This document shows positions 1-10,347 of a DNA stretch of 64,000 nucleotides, in pieces. The DNA is from Myxococcales bacterium. GTDB taxonomy: Bacteria > Myxococcota > Kuafuiibacteriia > Kuafuiibacteriales > Kuafuiibacteriaceae. Below the pieces are notes generated by a model, which was given only the letters and a program-made list of their open reading frames with translations, did no database searches and was not told the DNA's origin. A program made the translations under genes and the position numbers. The stretch's first letter is position 1, and every line of letters starts with the position of its first letter. The stretch is from positions 22,182-86,181 of the forward strand of contig JAHQVK010000069.1 in NCBI GenBank assembly GCA_019634385.1. The letters run 5' to 3'.

Positions 1-540
1 AAATACCGTAAAGTACCCAAAGATCATGTTTACTGGGCCACGGGCCATCCTATACAGGAGTCGCTGAAAACTGGATGCTTTACGCCACATTCGGACGGTG
101 AGAATCGGAAAAGAGCCTATGGAAGCACCTACGATTTTTGCGTTATGTGAGTGGTGATAGTTGTGGGAGTCTTTCCACACTCGGTCGGGAACTAAGATCA
201 AAAGTCCGTACAGTCTCATGACTAGCTTCCCGAGTGGGGAATCACGAAACAATGCGCCATGCATCGTGTCGTGATAGAAGATAAACAGTCGAACGTTCGT
301 GAGGCCTAAAACGATGGCACCGATGTACCTAAAGGGGCCAGCAGGTTTCCATGCGGCAGCCCAAAAACAGACCGCTGCAACCGCAACGGTGGTTATGAAC
401 AATCGCCAGGTTGTCCAAGAGTCTTCTTCGCTAAAGGGCTTAGAGGCCCGAATGAGCTCCGGACCACTGCGGGGATGACCACTAAGACGGGGCGAGCCGG
501 GAATATCCGAGACTGTACCACGCTCCATGTCCACACTCAT
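1..540 (-). CDS. Membrane fatty-acid desaturase family protein (N-terminal part; gene continues past window start)
   Basis: Not in the ORF track because it runs off the window. Manual translation from ATG at 540 on the minus strand gives MSVDMERGTVSDIPG...FIFYHDTMHGALF...VWKDSHNYHHSHNAK. The His boxes HDxxH and HxxHH plus hydrophobic segments fit a desaturase. The frame stays open to base 1. Confidence 0.7.
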   Translation of the reverse strand, partial: MSVDMERGTVSDIPGSPRLSGHPRSGPELIRASKPFSEEDSWTTWRLFITTVAVAAVCFWAAAWKPAGPFRYIGAIVLGLTNVRLFIFYHDTMHGALFRDSPLGKLVMRLYGLLILVPDRVWKDSHNYHHSHNAKIVGASIGSFPILTVRMWRKASSFQRLLYRMARGPVNMIFGYFTVF

Positions 541-815
541 GGGGGCTTCAATGACACTGATTACCTCGGTTTGGAAGTCAATGTATGCTGGATCAGCGAT
601 GTCGGTGAAGGTGTAAATAGCACTGTGGGGAGTGTGTTAGCCCTTAGTTTGGGGGCTGTATAGGGTAAGAATTTGATAATAAAGACGATATTGACCGAAG
701 ACTCAACCGGATGAGCAACAATATAGTTGATAGGTGTAAACCCGGAATGAGAAAAATAGCTATTCACTCCAAAACCTTAAGAGATGATTGACGTAAGACC
801 GTCATGGACAGCGCT

Positions 816-899
816 TACAGCAAACAAGTGGCCGCGCAGCGGGGCATAGTCCGGCGTGGAAGCAGGAACCTGGGTTCAACCCAAGTGATTTCTGCTGTG
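816..899 (+). repeat. Family A repeat, copy A1 (5' hairpin deleted)
   Basis: tacagcaaacaagtggccgcgcagcggggcatagtccggcgtggaagcaggaacctgggttcaacccaagtgatttctgctgt. Lies just downstream of the parE stop. Confidence 0.85.
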
Positions 900-985
900 T
901 ATACCCGCTCTCATTTCTTTGCTGGAGCAGATCCGCGTACACCTTGTTTCTTTGTGCCTGATTTCGGGAGTGTTTGTCTGGCTCG

Positions 986-2908
986 TCAATAGTCGAGCGC
1001 GTCCGCGTCGGCATCCTCAGCCCGCTCCATAATAAAATGGTATCGAGGTTGTGGGTCTTTTCCCATGAGGGATTGCATGACCACCACACTGTCTTCGTCG
1101 AGTTGCACGCGAAGGGCACGGCGGGTTTTTGGAGCGAGTGTAGTAGTTTTTAATTGTGCTGCGTTCATCTCACCCAATCCCTTGAACCGCATGATGCTCG
1201 GTTTTACGTTCTTAGGCAGTTTTTTGAGGATCCGGTCTTTGTCGCCATCATCGAGCGCCCAGAATACTTCTTTGCCGGCCTCGATTTTGTATAGCGGGGG
1301 TTGAGCGAGGTAGATATGTCCGTGCTCCACTAGCTCTGGCATGTGTTTCATGAAAAATGTCAGCACCAGTGTTGCGATATGATGGCCATCGGGGTCTGCA
1401 TCCATGAGCAAGAAGATTCGTTCATATCGCAGTTTAGAAAGATCGAGTTTCGGGCCAATACCGCAGCCCAAGGCAGAGACAATGTTTCCGATTTCCTTGT
1501 TTTCGAGCACCTTTGACAGACTACTTTGCATGGTATTGATGATCTTGCCCCTAAGAGGAAGCACGGCCTGGGTGCTTCGATCTCGTCCTTGCTTTGCGGT
1601 ACCGCCTGCCGAGTCTCCCTCCACAATAAATAGCTCTGAGTTCGCGGGATTGGTGCTTGAGCAGTCGTGGAGTTTGCCGGGTAGATTGAGTCTATGACTG
1701 ACCGCCGACTTTCGTTGCACCTGTGCGGCCGCCGCCCGTGATGCCTCGCGTGCACGGGCGGCGGTTTCGACTCGATAGCAAATCTGGTCCGCGGTGGTTG
1801 GATTATGGAGCAACCATTGTTCCAGGGCGGGGTACACCATGGACTCCACCAAAGGCTGACACTCTGGGTTGTTCAGTCGGCCTTTGGTTTGGCCCTGAAA
1901 TTGAGGTTCGCGGATATATACAGATAGTATGATGATGACACCTTCACGGATATCTTCTGCCGTGATGGTTACGCCTTTGGGGTTCCGCTTGCTTGCCTTC
2001 ATATAGGCTCGTACAGCTTTAACAACAGCTTGTTTGAGACCCAACTCATGGGATCCACCGTCTCCGGTACGGACCCCGTTGGCATAGCTAAGGATATTCT
2101 CGGTAGTGCCATCGGTCCAGCTCAGAATGACTTCGGTCCGAGGATACACCGAATGTGAAAAGATAAATGGCTCCGGGTGAGTAGGGGTACGTTTGGTTTC
2201 ATTAATCACCTTGGGCAGAAAGTCTTTTAGCCCTCCGGGGTGATGATAGATGGCCGTTTCTTCTTCGGCGATACTTTCGTAGTGTATCGTGACTTCTGGG
2301 TGCAGATAAGCCTTGGCGTCTAAGAGGTCCTTAATTTTCTGGGTATCAAATTTTAGTTTGGGCCCAAAAATCTCGGGGTCGGGGCGAAAGTGGACCGAAG
2401 TGCCGTGCTTACGACTCGCTTTACCCTTTTTAAGCGAGGTGATTGGTAGACCTCGGGCATACTGCTGACTCCATTCGTATCCATCACGTCTGATGACGAG
2501 GTTCATTTCTTCACTCAGAGCGTTGACGACAGAGGAGCCAACCCCGTGGAGTCCTCCAGAAACATCATAAGAGCCCCCATCAAACTTTCCCCCTGCGTGT
2601 AGAGTGGTTAAGATGACTTCTAGGGCTGGCTTTTTGTATTTCTTCATCTTGGCGATGGGGATGCCGCGCCCATCGTCTTCAATAGTTACTCCACGATAGT
2701 TTTCATCTAGGGTGACTTGGATAGTGTGAGCGTGGCCGTTAATGACTTCGTCGATGGAGTTGTCCAGAATCTCTCTTAGGAGATGATGATATCCATGACT
2801 GTCGGTGCCACCGATATACATGCCGGGTCGCACTCGTACTGGCTCGAGACCTTCGAGTACCCGGATGTCTTCACTGTCGTATTTCTTGTTTCGGCTGGTG
2901 TGCGCCAC
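986..2908 (-). CDS. parE: Type IIA DNA topoisomerase subunit B (gyrase/topoisomerase IV family; the short 640-aa form suggests ParE-like)
   Basis: 640-aa ORF with an N-terminal GHKL ATPase region (LEGLEPVRVRPGMYIGG, EILDNSIDE), Toprim motifs (ELFIVEGDSAGG, PDGHHI) and KGLGEM. It overlaps the A-subunit gene by 1 nt. Confidence 0.9.
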   Translation of the reverse strand: MAHTSRNKKYDSEDIRVLEGLEPVRVRPGMYIGGTDSHGYHHLLREILDNSIDEVINGHAHTIQVTLDENYRGVTIEDDGRGIPIAKMKKYKKPALEVILTTLHAGGKFDGGSYDVSGGLHGVGSSVVNALSEEMNLVIRRDGYEWSQQYARGLPITSLKKGKASRKHGTSVHFRPDPEIFGPKLKFDTQKIKDLLDAKAYLHPEVTIHYESIAEEETAIYHHPGGLKDFLPKVINETKRTPTHPEPFIFSHSVYPRTEVILSWTDGTTENILSYANGVRTGDGGSHELGLKQAVVKAVRAYMKASKRNPKGVTITAEDIREGVIIILSVYIREPQFQGQTKGRLNNPECQPLVESMVYPALEQWLLHNPTTADQICYRVETAARAREASRAAAAQVQRKSAVSHRLNLPGKLHDCSSTNPANSELFIVEGDSAGGTAKQGRDRSTQAVLPLRGKIINTMQSSLSKVLENKEIGNIVSALGCGIGPKLDLSKLRYERIFLLMDADPDGHHIATLVLTFFMKHMPELVEHGHIYLAQPPLYKIEAGKEVFWALDDGDKDRILKKLPKNVKPSIMRFKGLGEMNAAQLKTTTLAPKTRRALRVQLDEDSVVVMQSLMGKDPQPRYHFIMERAEDADADALDY

Positions 2909-5268
2909 TATGAGTTGTCCTCTACATCTAAGGTAGGAATCGTGATTTTAGGGGCATCGTAGCTGCCAAAGCCGCCGCGCTTAATTAAGGCTTTGCCGCG
3001 TCCTCCACGAGGGCCAGCGATGATTTGGGGATGGAGCTCGAATTTCTTTCCTTTATCCGAGTAGACGACGAGCGGGCTTACGTTGTCCGCAGGCGTAAGA
3101 TGTGCGGCTAGGATTTCGGCACTGGGATCCATTTTCATCAATACCGAGCCTTTTCCTGGACGGGTCAACAGTGACAGTTCTTCTAGTTCCACGGCAAGTG
3201 CGTGTCCGTCGGTAGCAGCTGCTATCAGCCACCCGGGCTCATCCAGCCCCGAAAGCTGATCCTCACCCTGGATGAATACGTGCATCAATGTATCGTTATC
3301 GTTCAGTCTCGCGAACTTTCGGCCGTTACGATTGGAGGGTTCGCGGTGACTGTATAGGGGAAAGCGCAATGCTTGTCCCCGACGGCTGATGGCTACTCCA
3401 TATGGTGGGCAAGGAAGCCCATCCTCATAGACCATTTCTTGTTTGGGGAAGGGAATCTGACGGGGATCAAAGCTTACCGCCCCGACAACCATCTCGCCGT
3501 CACTAAACTTAAATAGTTTTTGAACCGGATCACCATAGCCCGTGGATGCAGGAATGTCAGCCACCCTACATACGTAGCAGTGGCCTTTGCTAGAGAAGAA
3601 TCCAACTGTGCTTCGGGTGGAACCCGTCAAACAGGTGAGGACCTCATCTCCTGGTTTCACCCGGGTTGAGGACAGGTCTTTGATCGTCTGCTGACGCTTC
3701 ACCCACCCCTGACGGGTCAGGATTACATAGGCGTCTTCATCCACGATGAAGTCTTCTGCGGAGTACTCTGAATTGGCTGCTTCCGCGGCGTCCCCGCTCA
3801 GAATGTCGGTTCGACGTTTGTCCGCGTATTTAGACGCTACGTTCACCAGTTCTTGGTCAATATGGTTCCAGAGTCGCTCGGGATCACCTAGTAGCTGTTG
3901 AAGACGATCCACCTCCTTAGCTTTTTGTTCAGCCTCTTCTTGAATGACCAAAATCTCCAGTTTGGCTAAGCGGTACAGGCGAAGCTCTAAGATGGCATTG
4001 GTTTGTTCTTCATCGAGGTCAAACCGAGCCATAATTTGTGCGGCAGCATCCTGCCGTCCATCGCTGGCTCGTATCAGAACGATGATCTCATCGAGCGCGT
4101 CGAAAACGCGAATCAGACCGTCCAAGATATGGAGACGCTTTTCGAGTTGATCTAGCTCGTGGGTGAGTCGCCGGGTGACAACCTCGAGGCGGAAATCGAG
4201 AAAATATTTCAGTACGCTGATTACGTCCAATCGACGAGGTGCAGGTACATCTCCAACTTCAGAAGGGACCAAGCAGGTTAAGTTGACGCTTACGTTGGAC
4301 TGAAACGGGGTGTGTTTCGCGAGGTAGGCCATGATCAGCTCCGGATTTTGGCCTTTTTTTAGTTCTAAGACGATCCGCACGTCGTCGGTGGATTCATCAC
4401 GGACGTCCACGAGACCAGGTAGCTTTCGGCCTACGATAACGTCTGCGATTTTTTCGATAAGCGACTTGGTTTCGACCGCGTACGGGACGGAGGTGATCAC
4501 CACCAACTCGACATTCTTAACTTTCTCTACTTTCCAGGTCCCTCGAACTTTCAAGGTCCCGTGCCCTTCAGTGTAGACCTTACGAATCTCTGTTTTAGTG
4601 CTGACCAACTCTCCGCCAGTTGGGAAGTCTGGTCCTTTTAGCTTGGTCATCACCTTCGAAAGTGGCGCGTCAGGCTCTTTGATGAGCAATCGGCAGGCGT
4701 TGAGGGTTTCACCTAGATTATGGGGAGGAATGCTGGTTGCCATACCTACCGCAATCCCTTGAGCCCCGTTCACCAGCAGGTTTGGAAATGCAGCCGGAAG
4801 GACCACAGGTTCTTTATTTTGCCCGTCGAACGTAGCCCGAAAATCGACGGTGCTTTTGTTGATCTCCTCGAGAAGAGCGAGGGCCACCGGTTGGAGCTTG
4901 GCCTCTGTGTAGCGATATGCGGCCGCTGAATCTCCGTCGATTGAGCCAAAGTTACCTTGGCCTTCGACAAGAGGGGCGCGCATGACCCAATCTTGCGTGA
5001 GTCGCACCAGCGCATCATAGACCGCACCATCCCCGTGTGGGTGGTACTTGCCGATGACGTCTCCGACGATTCTTGCACATTTTGCCGCCTTTGCATCAGG
5101 CAAGACGCGGATCACCGAATGCATGACGTACAAAATGCGGCGCTGCACTGGCTTGAGGCCGTCTCTCACATCGGGAAGGGCCCGGCTCGTGATCACGCTT
5201 AGCGCGTAGTTCATGTACAAGCGTTGGGCTTCTTCGCTGAGGGCCACATTGAGAATTGTACTGTCCAT
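2908..5268 (-). CDS. parC: Type IIA DNA topoisomerase subunit A (GyrA/ParC family)
   Basis: 786-aa ORF with YAMSVI-like [33 protein letters not shown] and the catalytic-Tyr region [11 protein letters not shown]. The gyrase versus topo IV assignment is uncertain (see findings). Confidence 0.88.
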   Translation of the reverse strand: MDSTILNVALSEEAQRLYMNYALSVITSRALPDVRDGLKPVQRRILYVMHSVIRVLPDAKAAKCARIVGDVIGKYHPHGDGAVYDALVRLTQDWVMRAPLVEGQGNFGSIDGDSAAAYRYTEAKLQPVALALLEEINKSTVDFRATFDGQNKEPVVLPAAFPNLLVNGAQGIAVGMATSIPPHNLGETLNACRLLIKEPDAPLSKVMTKLKGPDFPTGGELVSTKTEIRKVYTEGHGTLKVRGTWKVEKVKNVELVVITSVPYAVETKSLIEKIADVIVGRKLPGLVDVRDESTDDVRIVLELKKGQNPELIMAYLAKHTPFQSNVSVNLTCLVPSEVGDVPAPRRLDVISVLKYFLDFRLEVVTRRLTHELDQLEKRLHILDGLIRVFDALDEIIVLIRASDGRQDAAAQIMARFDLDEEQTNAILELRLYRLAKLEILVIQEEAEQKAKEVDRLQQLLGDPERLWNHIDQELVNVASKYADKRRTDILSGDAAEAANSEYSAEDFIVDEDAYVILTRQGWVKRQQTIKDLSSTRVKPGDEVLTCLTGSTRSTVGFFSSKGHCYVCRVADIPASTGYGDPVQKLFKFSDGEMVVGAVSFDPRQIPFPKQEMVYEDGLPCPPYGVAISRRGQALRFPLYSHREPSNRNGRKFARLNDNDTLMHVFIQGEDQLSGLDEPGWLIAAATDGHALAVELEELSLLTRPGKGSVLMKMDPSAEILAAHLTPADNVSPLVVYSDKGKKFELHPQIIAGPRGGRGKALIKRGGFGSYDAPKITIPTLDVEDNS

Positions 5269-5493
5269 ACGTTCAGAAATTTCTCATGGGGACGGCGGGC
5301 TGAAAAGAGCCACACTATCCCCCGTGTTCTACGGAAACGACTTAACGAGCTGGTGAATAAGCGTCAATGCGGCGAGGTCATCCAGCGAAGAGAGGTGTAG
5401 ACGGCTGCACAAGGCCAAGAGCGTACCCTTGGTATACAGTTGATAGGGCAGGTTGGTCTTGTGCCGACCTAAGGCCCGCGTTCAGCTGGCGAC

Positions 5494-6519
5494 ATGAGTA
5501 GTCCGGTTTCCCCGGTAGAACTTCGTTCAGACACGTTTACGCGCCCCACATCGCCAATGATGGTTGCGATGATGGAGGCTGAAGTAGGGGATAATGTATG
5601 GGGGGAAGATCCGAGTGTTGAGGCGTTGGAGGTGCACACAGCCGCAATGTTTGGAAAGGAGGCGGGCTTGTATTGCCCGTCGGGGACGATGTCCAATCAG
5701 GTGTCGCTAGTGGCGCATCTGCGGCCCGGAGAAAGCGTGATATGTGCTGATACTGCACATATTCATCTGTACGAGGGTGGGGGTATTTCAGCGAATGCTG
5801 GAGCTAGTACCCAGTTACTAAGGAGTGACCGGGGTCGATTTACGGCGACTCAGGTAGACGAAGCCATTTACCCTGATGATCCACACGTGCCGATTTCTAC
5901 GGTGGTGGCCATCGAAGACACTGCGAATCGAGGAGGTGGGGCTATCTGGGACACGAGAGAAGTCGGCGCGATCGCGGAGCTATGCCGTCGCCGGGGACTG
6001 AAATTTCACCTGGATGGGGCAAGGGTCATGAACCGACTGGTGGCTACTGGTGAATGCCCTCAGCAGTATGGATCTCATTTTGATTCGATTTCTATCTGCT
6101 TATCGAAGGGCTTGGGGGCACCAATGGGATCGGTGCTCCTTGGCTCAAAAGATTTTATTCACCAAGCTGAACGGATAAGGAAACGAATGGGAGGCGGAAT
6201 GCGCCAGGCGGGCTACATGGCAGCGGCCGGGTTGTACGCGCTGGTTAATCACGTGGACCGACTGAAGGAAGATCATCGCCATGCCACTCAACTAGCGAAG
6301 GCATTGCTGGCTCACTCTGACGTTGTGGAAGTCTTGCCCACCGAGACGAACATTGTTCTGTTTCGACCTGCAGAGGGTGAGCTTCGGCGCTGGATAGACA
6401 CCCTTGCCGAACACGGTGTGAAAGCAGCACCCCTTGGGCCGTGGATCCGGTTCGTTACCCACCTGGGTGTAAGCCAGCAAGATATAGCGAGGGTGGTGAT
6501 GGTGCTAGAGCAGCTCTAG
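5494..6519 (+). CDS. ltaE: Low-specificity L-threonine aldolase (PLP-dependent)
   Basis: 341-aa ORF with LRSDTFTRPT...GDNVWGEDPSV...CPSGTMSNQ and an SxSKGLGAP lysine motif, typical of the beta-eliminating lyase/threonine aldolase family. Confidence 0.85.
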   Translation: MSSPVSPVELRSDTFTRPTSPMMVAMMEAEVGDNVWGEDPSVEALEVHTAAMFGKEAGLYCPSGTMSNQVSLVAHLRPGESVICADTAHIHLYEGGGISANAGASTQLLRSDRGRFTATQVDEAIYPDDPHVPISTVVAIEDTANRGGGAIWDTREVGAIAELCRRRGLKFHLDGARVMNRLVATGECPQQYGSHFDSISICLSKGLGAPMGSVLLGSKDFIHQAERIRKRMGGGMRQAGYMAAAGLYALVNHVDRLKEDHRHATQLAKALLAHSDVVEVLPTETNIVLFRPAEGELRRWIDTLAEHGVKAAPLGPWIRFVTHLGVSQQDIARVVMVLEQL

Positions 6520-6666
6520 TCATGCGGATGGCTGAACTCGGTGAAGGTATTAATGAGTTTCAAAATACCTGAATTTAGTCTGCTTACAGTCCACCAGAGC
6601 TTCTCCGTGAGCTAGCTTATGGTGAGCCGCCTCCGACTCGTTGCCAGCTAACTTTACTAACACGAC

Positions 6667-6713
6667 CAGGGCGTGTCTTTACCCTCCGGTAGCGGAGCTA
6701 AAGGCACTCCCTA
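6667..6713. repeat. Mini family-B palindrome (two B-type termini back to back)
   Basis: agggcgtgtctttaccctccgg-tagc-ggagctaaaggcactcccta. The terminal cta is the TAG stop (minus strand) of the DUF1501-like gene. Confidence 0.6.
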
Positions 6714-8153
6714 AATTACGGCTGGGAAATCACGGCGACCGGGGAAGTCGATATCGCATGCATGACAGATCATAGAATAGATGTCTGCCTCAGTCATATG
6801 AGTCTGTGGGGTGGGTTCACCGGTGGTCGGGTCAAAGCCATACGTCAAGGCAGTGTTGGCATCTACGCCACCATATACTCGGTTACCCTTTATCATTGGG
6901 GATATGCAAACGACTCCGTTATTTAGGTGATGCCCTGAACCCCCAGAGGAGACTTTGTCTCGACCAAATTCAGTGGGCATGTAGATGAAGCTTTGATCCC
7001 ACATCGACTTGCCGTTGCCGTACTCAGTGGCCTTAAGCAGGTCTACTAAGGCATCAGTCACTTGGAACATCCGGCTCCACATCGCATTTTGGCCGGAGCG
7101 GTGGTCAACGTGAGACCAGTCAAAGGCAATCGGCGAATTGAGGGCCCGAGCTTCTTCGCCTTCAACAAATGTTGGGGAAGGAACGGGACTGATGGTTATC
7201 GCACTGGATAGCCCACTTTTGGCCATGAGATAGGCAAGGGCCGCCTGAGCTTCGAAAGGGCTAATTTCGAAGTTTGGCAACTTGGATTGTAGCAGTTGCA
7301 CCTCAGGAGAAGGTTCCAGACCAAAGTTACTTACCGGCTGTCCGCTTGGTGTCGTGGCGGTCATAAGCAGTTTAGATATGAGGCTCTGAGTCTCAATATC
7401 TTGAAGCGCTTGGGCCCGAAGGCTTTGATACCTCATTACCTGGCGAGATTGGCCGAACCGCTTGATGAATGAACTCTGGGCTTCTAGACGGCTTCGTACC
7501 GCTCGAGCGCGGGAGATGGCGGATGCTGAAGGAGCGTTGAGCAGACCTAGATAGCCGTGGGTGGTGAAGGCAAATGATTGAGGATCTGAAATAGATTGCA
7601 CCCGAGCCCAGGCCGGTACACTGGTGTCGTCTCCAACACCGTTGTATGTATCGGCGGCCATGCCCACGGTTGGAATAGCCAAGCCTTGCCCCCACCGCAT
7701 ACTGAATACTTCTTGAAGAGATCGCCCTCCGTTGACACCATTACCCAACACAGCGCGTTTGGCTCCAACGTTGTGGTTTACGCTGCTCACGGTCTGGGTG
7801 AAGGTAGCGGTGTCTGCGGCGTGCTTCGACAGGAAGGTGGCAATCGGGAAATTGTCACCAAGGGCCACCGTATCTAGGATGGAGTTGTCCAATATAATGG
7901 GAGCTCGAAGGTTAGATCCTGATGGCTGCTCGATTTGAGCTTCTGTGTAGGATGCGGGTCCGGTCAACATAGGCATTAGGCTATCAATGATAGATCCTCC
8001 GCCGGCGGCCCCAATAACAAATAGAAATCTCCGTTCACTGTTATTCGTTTGTGCTTGAGACCTACGAGAAAGAAGAGAGCCAGCTCCAAACGCGGCGGTA
8101 GCGGTGGCGGTGGCGCGTAGAAAATTTCGTCGATGATAGACAGAATGGTTCAT
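6711..8153 (-). CDS. Tat-exported DUF1501-like (sulfatase/alkaline-phosphatase superfamily) protein
   Basis: Start chosen at MNHSVYHRRNFLRATATATAAFGAG (twin-arginine signal), preceded by AGGAG with 6-nt spacing. The C-terminal TEFGRD...GSGHHLNNG...KGNRVYGG resembles the DUF1501 signature. The stop codon lies inside a mini family-B palindrome. Confidence 0.65.
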   Translation of the reverse strand: MNHSVYHRRNFLRATATATAAFGAGSLLSRRSQAQTNNSERRFLFVIGAAGGGSIIDSLMPMLTGPASYTEAQIEQPSGSNLRAPIILDNSILDTVALGDNFPIATFLSKHAADTATFTQTVSSVNHNVGAKRAVLGNGVNGGRSLQEVFSMRWGQGLAIPTVGMAADTYNGVGDDTSVPAWARVQSISDPQSFAFTTHGYLGLLNAPSASAISRARAVRSRLEAQSSFIKRFGQSRQVMRYQSLRAQALQDIETQSLISKLLMTATTPSGQPVSNFGLEPSPEVQLLQSKLPNFEISPFEAQAALAYLMAKSGLSSAITISPVPSPTFVEGEEARALNSPIAFDWSHVDHRSGQNAMWSRMFQVTDALVDLLKATEYGNGKSMWDQSFIYMPTEFGRDKVSSGGSGHHLNNGVVCISPMIKGNRVYGGVDANTALTYGFDPTTGEPTPQTHMTEADIYSMICHACDIDFPGRRDFPAVI

Positions 8154-8161
8154 AGCATCTC

Positions 8162-8878
8162 CTAAAGAAAGATAAATTCCACTGATGTTCCAATAGAATA
8201 ACATGATCCAATAGCTACGTCGCGAAAGCTTGTGCCTGGCACAGCTAATTCTCGAAGTTCAACTAGTTCTTCATCTGTAGGATCTCGCGATAGTAGCCGT
8301 TGGTAGAGGGTTCGGTTTTGAGCGTCTAGTTGGGTGATATCTTGGGCGGAACCATTGGTATCGCGACCAAGAGGATACTGGGTAAATATGGTTGGTGGGC
8401 TGGCCGAGTCCTGGTCTACGCGCTGGATGCATGCCATCAACACCACTCTGTCAATAGAGAGGGGGGTGGTTAGAGCTGGCTCAGCAAGAGATGTAAGACG
8501 ACCCTGCATAATAGGGTTGTGGCCACCGAGATTGGAAAGATGTACCTCGTTGATACAGTTTAGTGAGTCCAACTCGGTGCATAGTTGGTTGGTGGGGATT
8601 TCTAACGCCCGAGAAAGATCTTTCTCTACCGCTCGGTATCGTTTCCAAATGACTACTTGGTTGTTCCCAACAATTTCGTCCCCCTCGTTAGGGGGGGGGG
8701 GACTATTGGGAGCGTCGGGGTCAACGGGGTCTCGTGGGGCTTCTGGGGTGTTGGGAGCCGCTGGAGTGGTATCTTGATCATCCGCGTCGGTACGAGGTTG
8801 GAGCTCAGGCACACATGCTGTTGAAAGAAAGAATAAGGTAACAATACATGTGTTGTGGTCGGCCTGAAACCGTTTCAT
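8162..8878 (-). CDS. Hypothetical lipoprotein with a Pro/Asp-rich linker
   Basis: 238-aa ORF with a lipobox-like LFFLSTAC after a basic N-terminus. ATGA overlap with the upstream gene indicates translational coupling in a 3-gene operon. Confidence 0.55.
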   Translation of the reverse strand: MKRFQADHNTCIVTLFFLSTACVPELQPRTDADDQDTTPAAPNTPEAPRDPVDPDAPNSPPPPNEGDEIVGNNQVVIWKRYRAVEKDLSRALEIPTNQLCTELDSLNCINEVHLSNLGGHNPIMQGRLTSLAEPALTTPLSIDRVVLMACIQRVDQDSASPPTIFTQYPLGRDTNGSAQDITQLDAQNRTLYQRLLSRDPTDEELVELRELAVPGTSFRDVAIGSCYSIGTSVEFIFL

Positions 8879-10347
8879 GGTGCACCTCCGAAGAGCGTGG
8901 AGTCGATCATTTTGTGCAGCATTCGATTAACTGAGTAATTATTTGAAGATAGTTCTTGTTGAAGATCTCCAACCATCTCTTTATCAGTGATAGTTGGTTC
9001 TCGGCTAAAGACGAAATTAAACATCGTACCGATAAGTGTTTCTGCAAACTGGGGAGAGTTTGCAGCTACCTGGCACCACTCGCTCAGGTCGCCGACGGGT
9101 TGTCCAAAAATATATCCATCAGCCCCCCAATTTGTTCTCTTCGCGTTGAACTCGCCGAATGGATTGCCGAACAGCAGACCTATGTTACCGAGTAAGTCGA
9201 TCCCGTCTTCATTGGTTGCGACTTGAATGCCATTGTACGTCGAGAATGAATACGCAAGGGGATCTAAAGTACTATGGCAAACGGCACAATCGGGTGCATC
9301 AATATCGATGTTGTCCACATCCCGTGGCTCACCGCCCACGGGGAATAAACCTTCACCGAGTGAGAGGTTCATCCCGAGGTATTCTTTATAAGTATGGGCC
9401 GCAGTGTTACGTGGAACGAGAGCAAACATAGTGTTCCGCACCAAATACCACTGAGTTGTAATCATACCACATCGCTTATCCGCCTGAAGCGGTTGCCCAG
9501 TTCCGAGACTAATACGGTCACCGAACTCAAATCTCTGCTCTTTGGGAATGATGTCCGTGGTTGTGGTTCCATCTTGGTTGACATGATAATCAGCTAGCAG
9601 AAGTTCGCGGGCGTCCCTATCTCCGGTCATGACATAGCTAAATAACCGGTAGTCCCAATCATCATTAGCCAAGCTGACTTCGCCATTTTTATCGATAGCT
9701 TCAAGTGGTCCGATTTTAGGATCGGCTATGCGATACAAAGCTTCGTCTTTCCAGAAACTGGAGTTCAAACACTGCGACAAGTGTTGGTGAACAAGGGCTC
9801 TGGGGTCTGAGGCTGTATTCAGCTCCTGGAGCTCCTCATAAGTTGGTGACTGACCGCAAAACACTACACTGACCCGCTTGAGGGCTGTTTGTGGATCCCA
9901 GTTTAGGTCTTCGGTAGGTGGTGGAACTAGGTTGTCGGCCAGACCGGGGGATGTTCCAGCTAGGAGTTCATCAAAATTGATGGAGCCGTCTTCATCGCTA
10001 TCGAGATCATGTATTTCATTCACGGCTGAGCCTAGATGCAGAGAAAAGTCGTTGAGTGTGTATTCGGGATAGGTCCTAAGCACAGCTAATAGATCTCCAC
10101 CGTAGAGATTCAGCTGTGGGGCCGCAGTGTGACACAGTGAGCAATCGGGGGTAGCGGCTCCTTGACAGATAGCTGCGGCAGGTGAGGCGATACAAAATGC
10201 TGCTGGAGCATTTGGTCGACTTTCGGCGGTACCTCCAAGGAAGAGCATTCCCGCCGCACTTGCGAGTACGAACCCTGAATGAGGTACATTGGAAAATGAG
10301 TGTATGTGTATGTTCACCTTAACTCCTGTTTTTTGGAACATGGTCAT
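8875..10347 (-). CDS. Secreted protein with two CxxCH heme-binding-type motifs (DUF1588/DUF1592-like family)
   Basis: 490-aa ORF with a hydrophobic N-terminal signal. Motifs are PDCSLCHTAAP and PDCAVCHSTLDPLAYSF; the second is the CxxCH..DP pattern of the planctomycete/myxobacterial cytochrome-like DUF families that pair with DUF1501/DUF1552 proteins. Confidence 0.6.
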   Translation of the reverse strand: MTMFQKTGVKVNIHIHSFSNVPHSGFVLASAAGMLFLGGTAESRPNAPAAFCIASPAAAICQGAATPDCSLCHTAAPQLNLYGGDLLAVLRTYPEYTLNDFSLHLGSAVNEIHDLDSDEDGSINFDELLAGTSPGLADNLVPPPTEDLNWDPQTALKRVSVVFCGQSPTYEELQELNTASDPRALVHQHLSQCLNSSFWKDEALYRIADPKIGPLEAIDKNGEVSLANDDWDYRLFSYVMTGDRDARELLLADYHVNQDGTTTTDIIPKEQRFEFGDRISLGTGQPLQADKRCGMITTQWYLVRNTMFALVPRNTAAHTYKEYLGMNLSLGEGLFPVGGEPRDVDNIDIDAPDCAVCHSTLDPLAYSFSTYNGIQVATNEDGIDLLGNIGLLFGNPFGEFNAKRTNWGADGYIFGQPVGDLSEWCQVAANSPQFAETLIGTMFNFVFSREPTITDKEMVGDLQQELSSNNYSVNRMLHKMIDSTLFGGAP

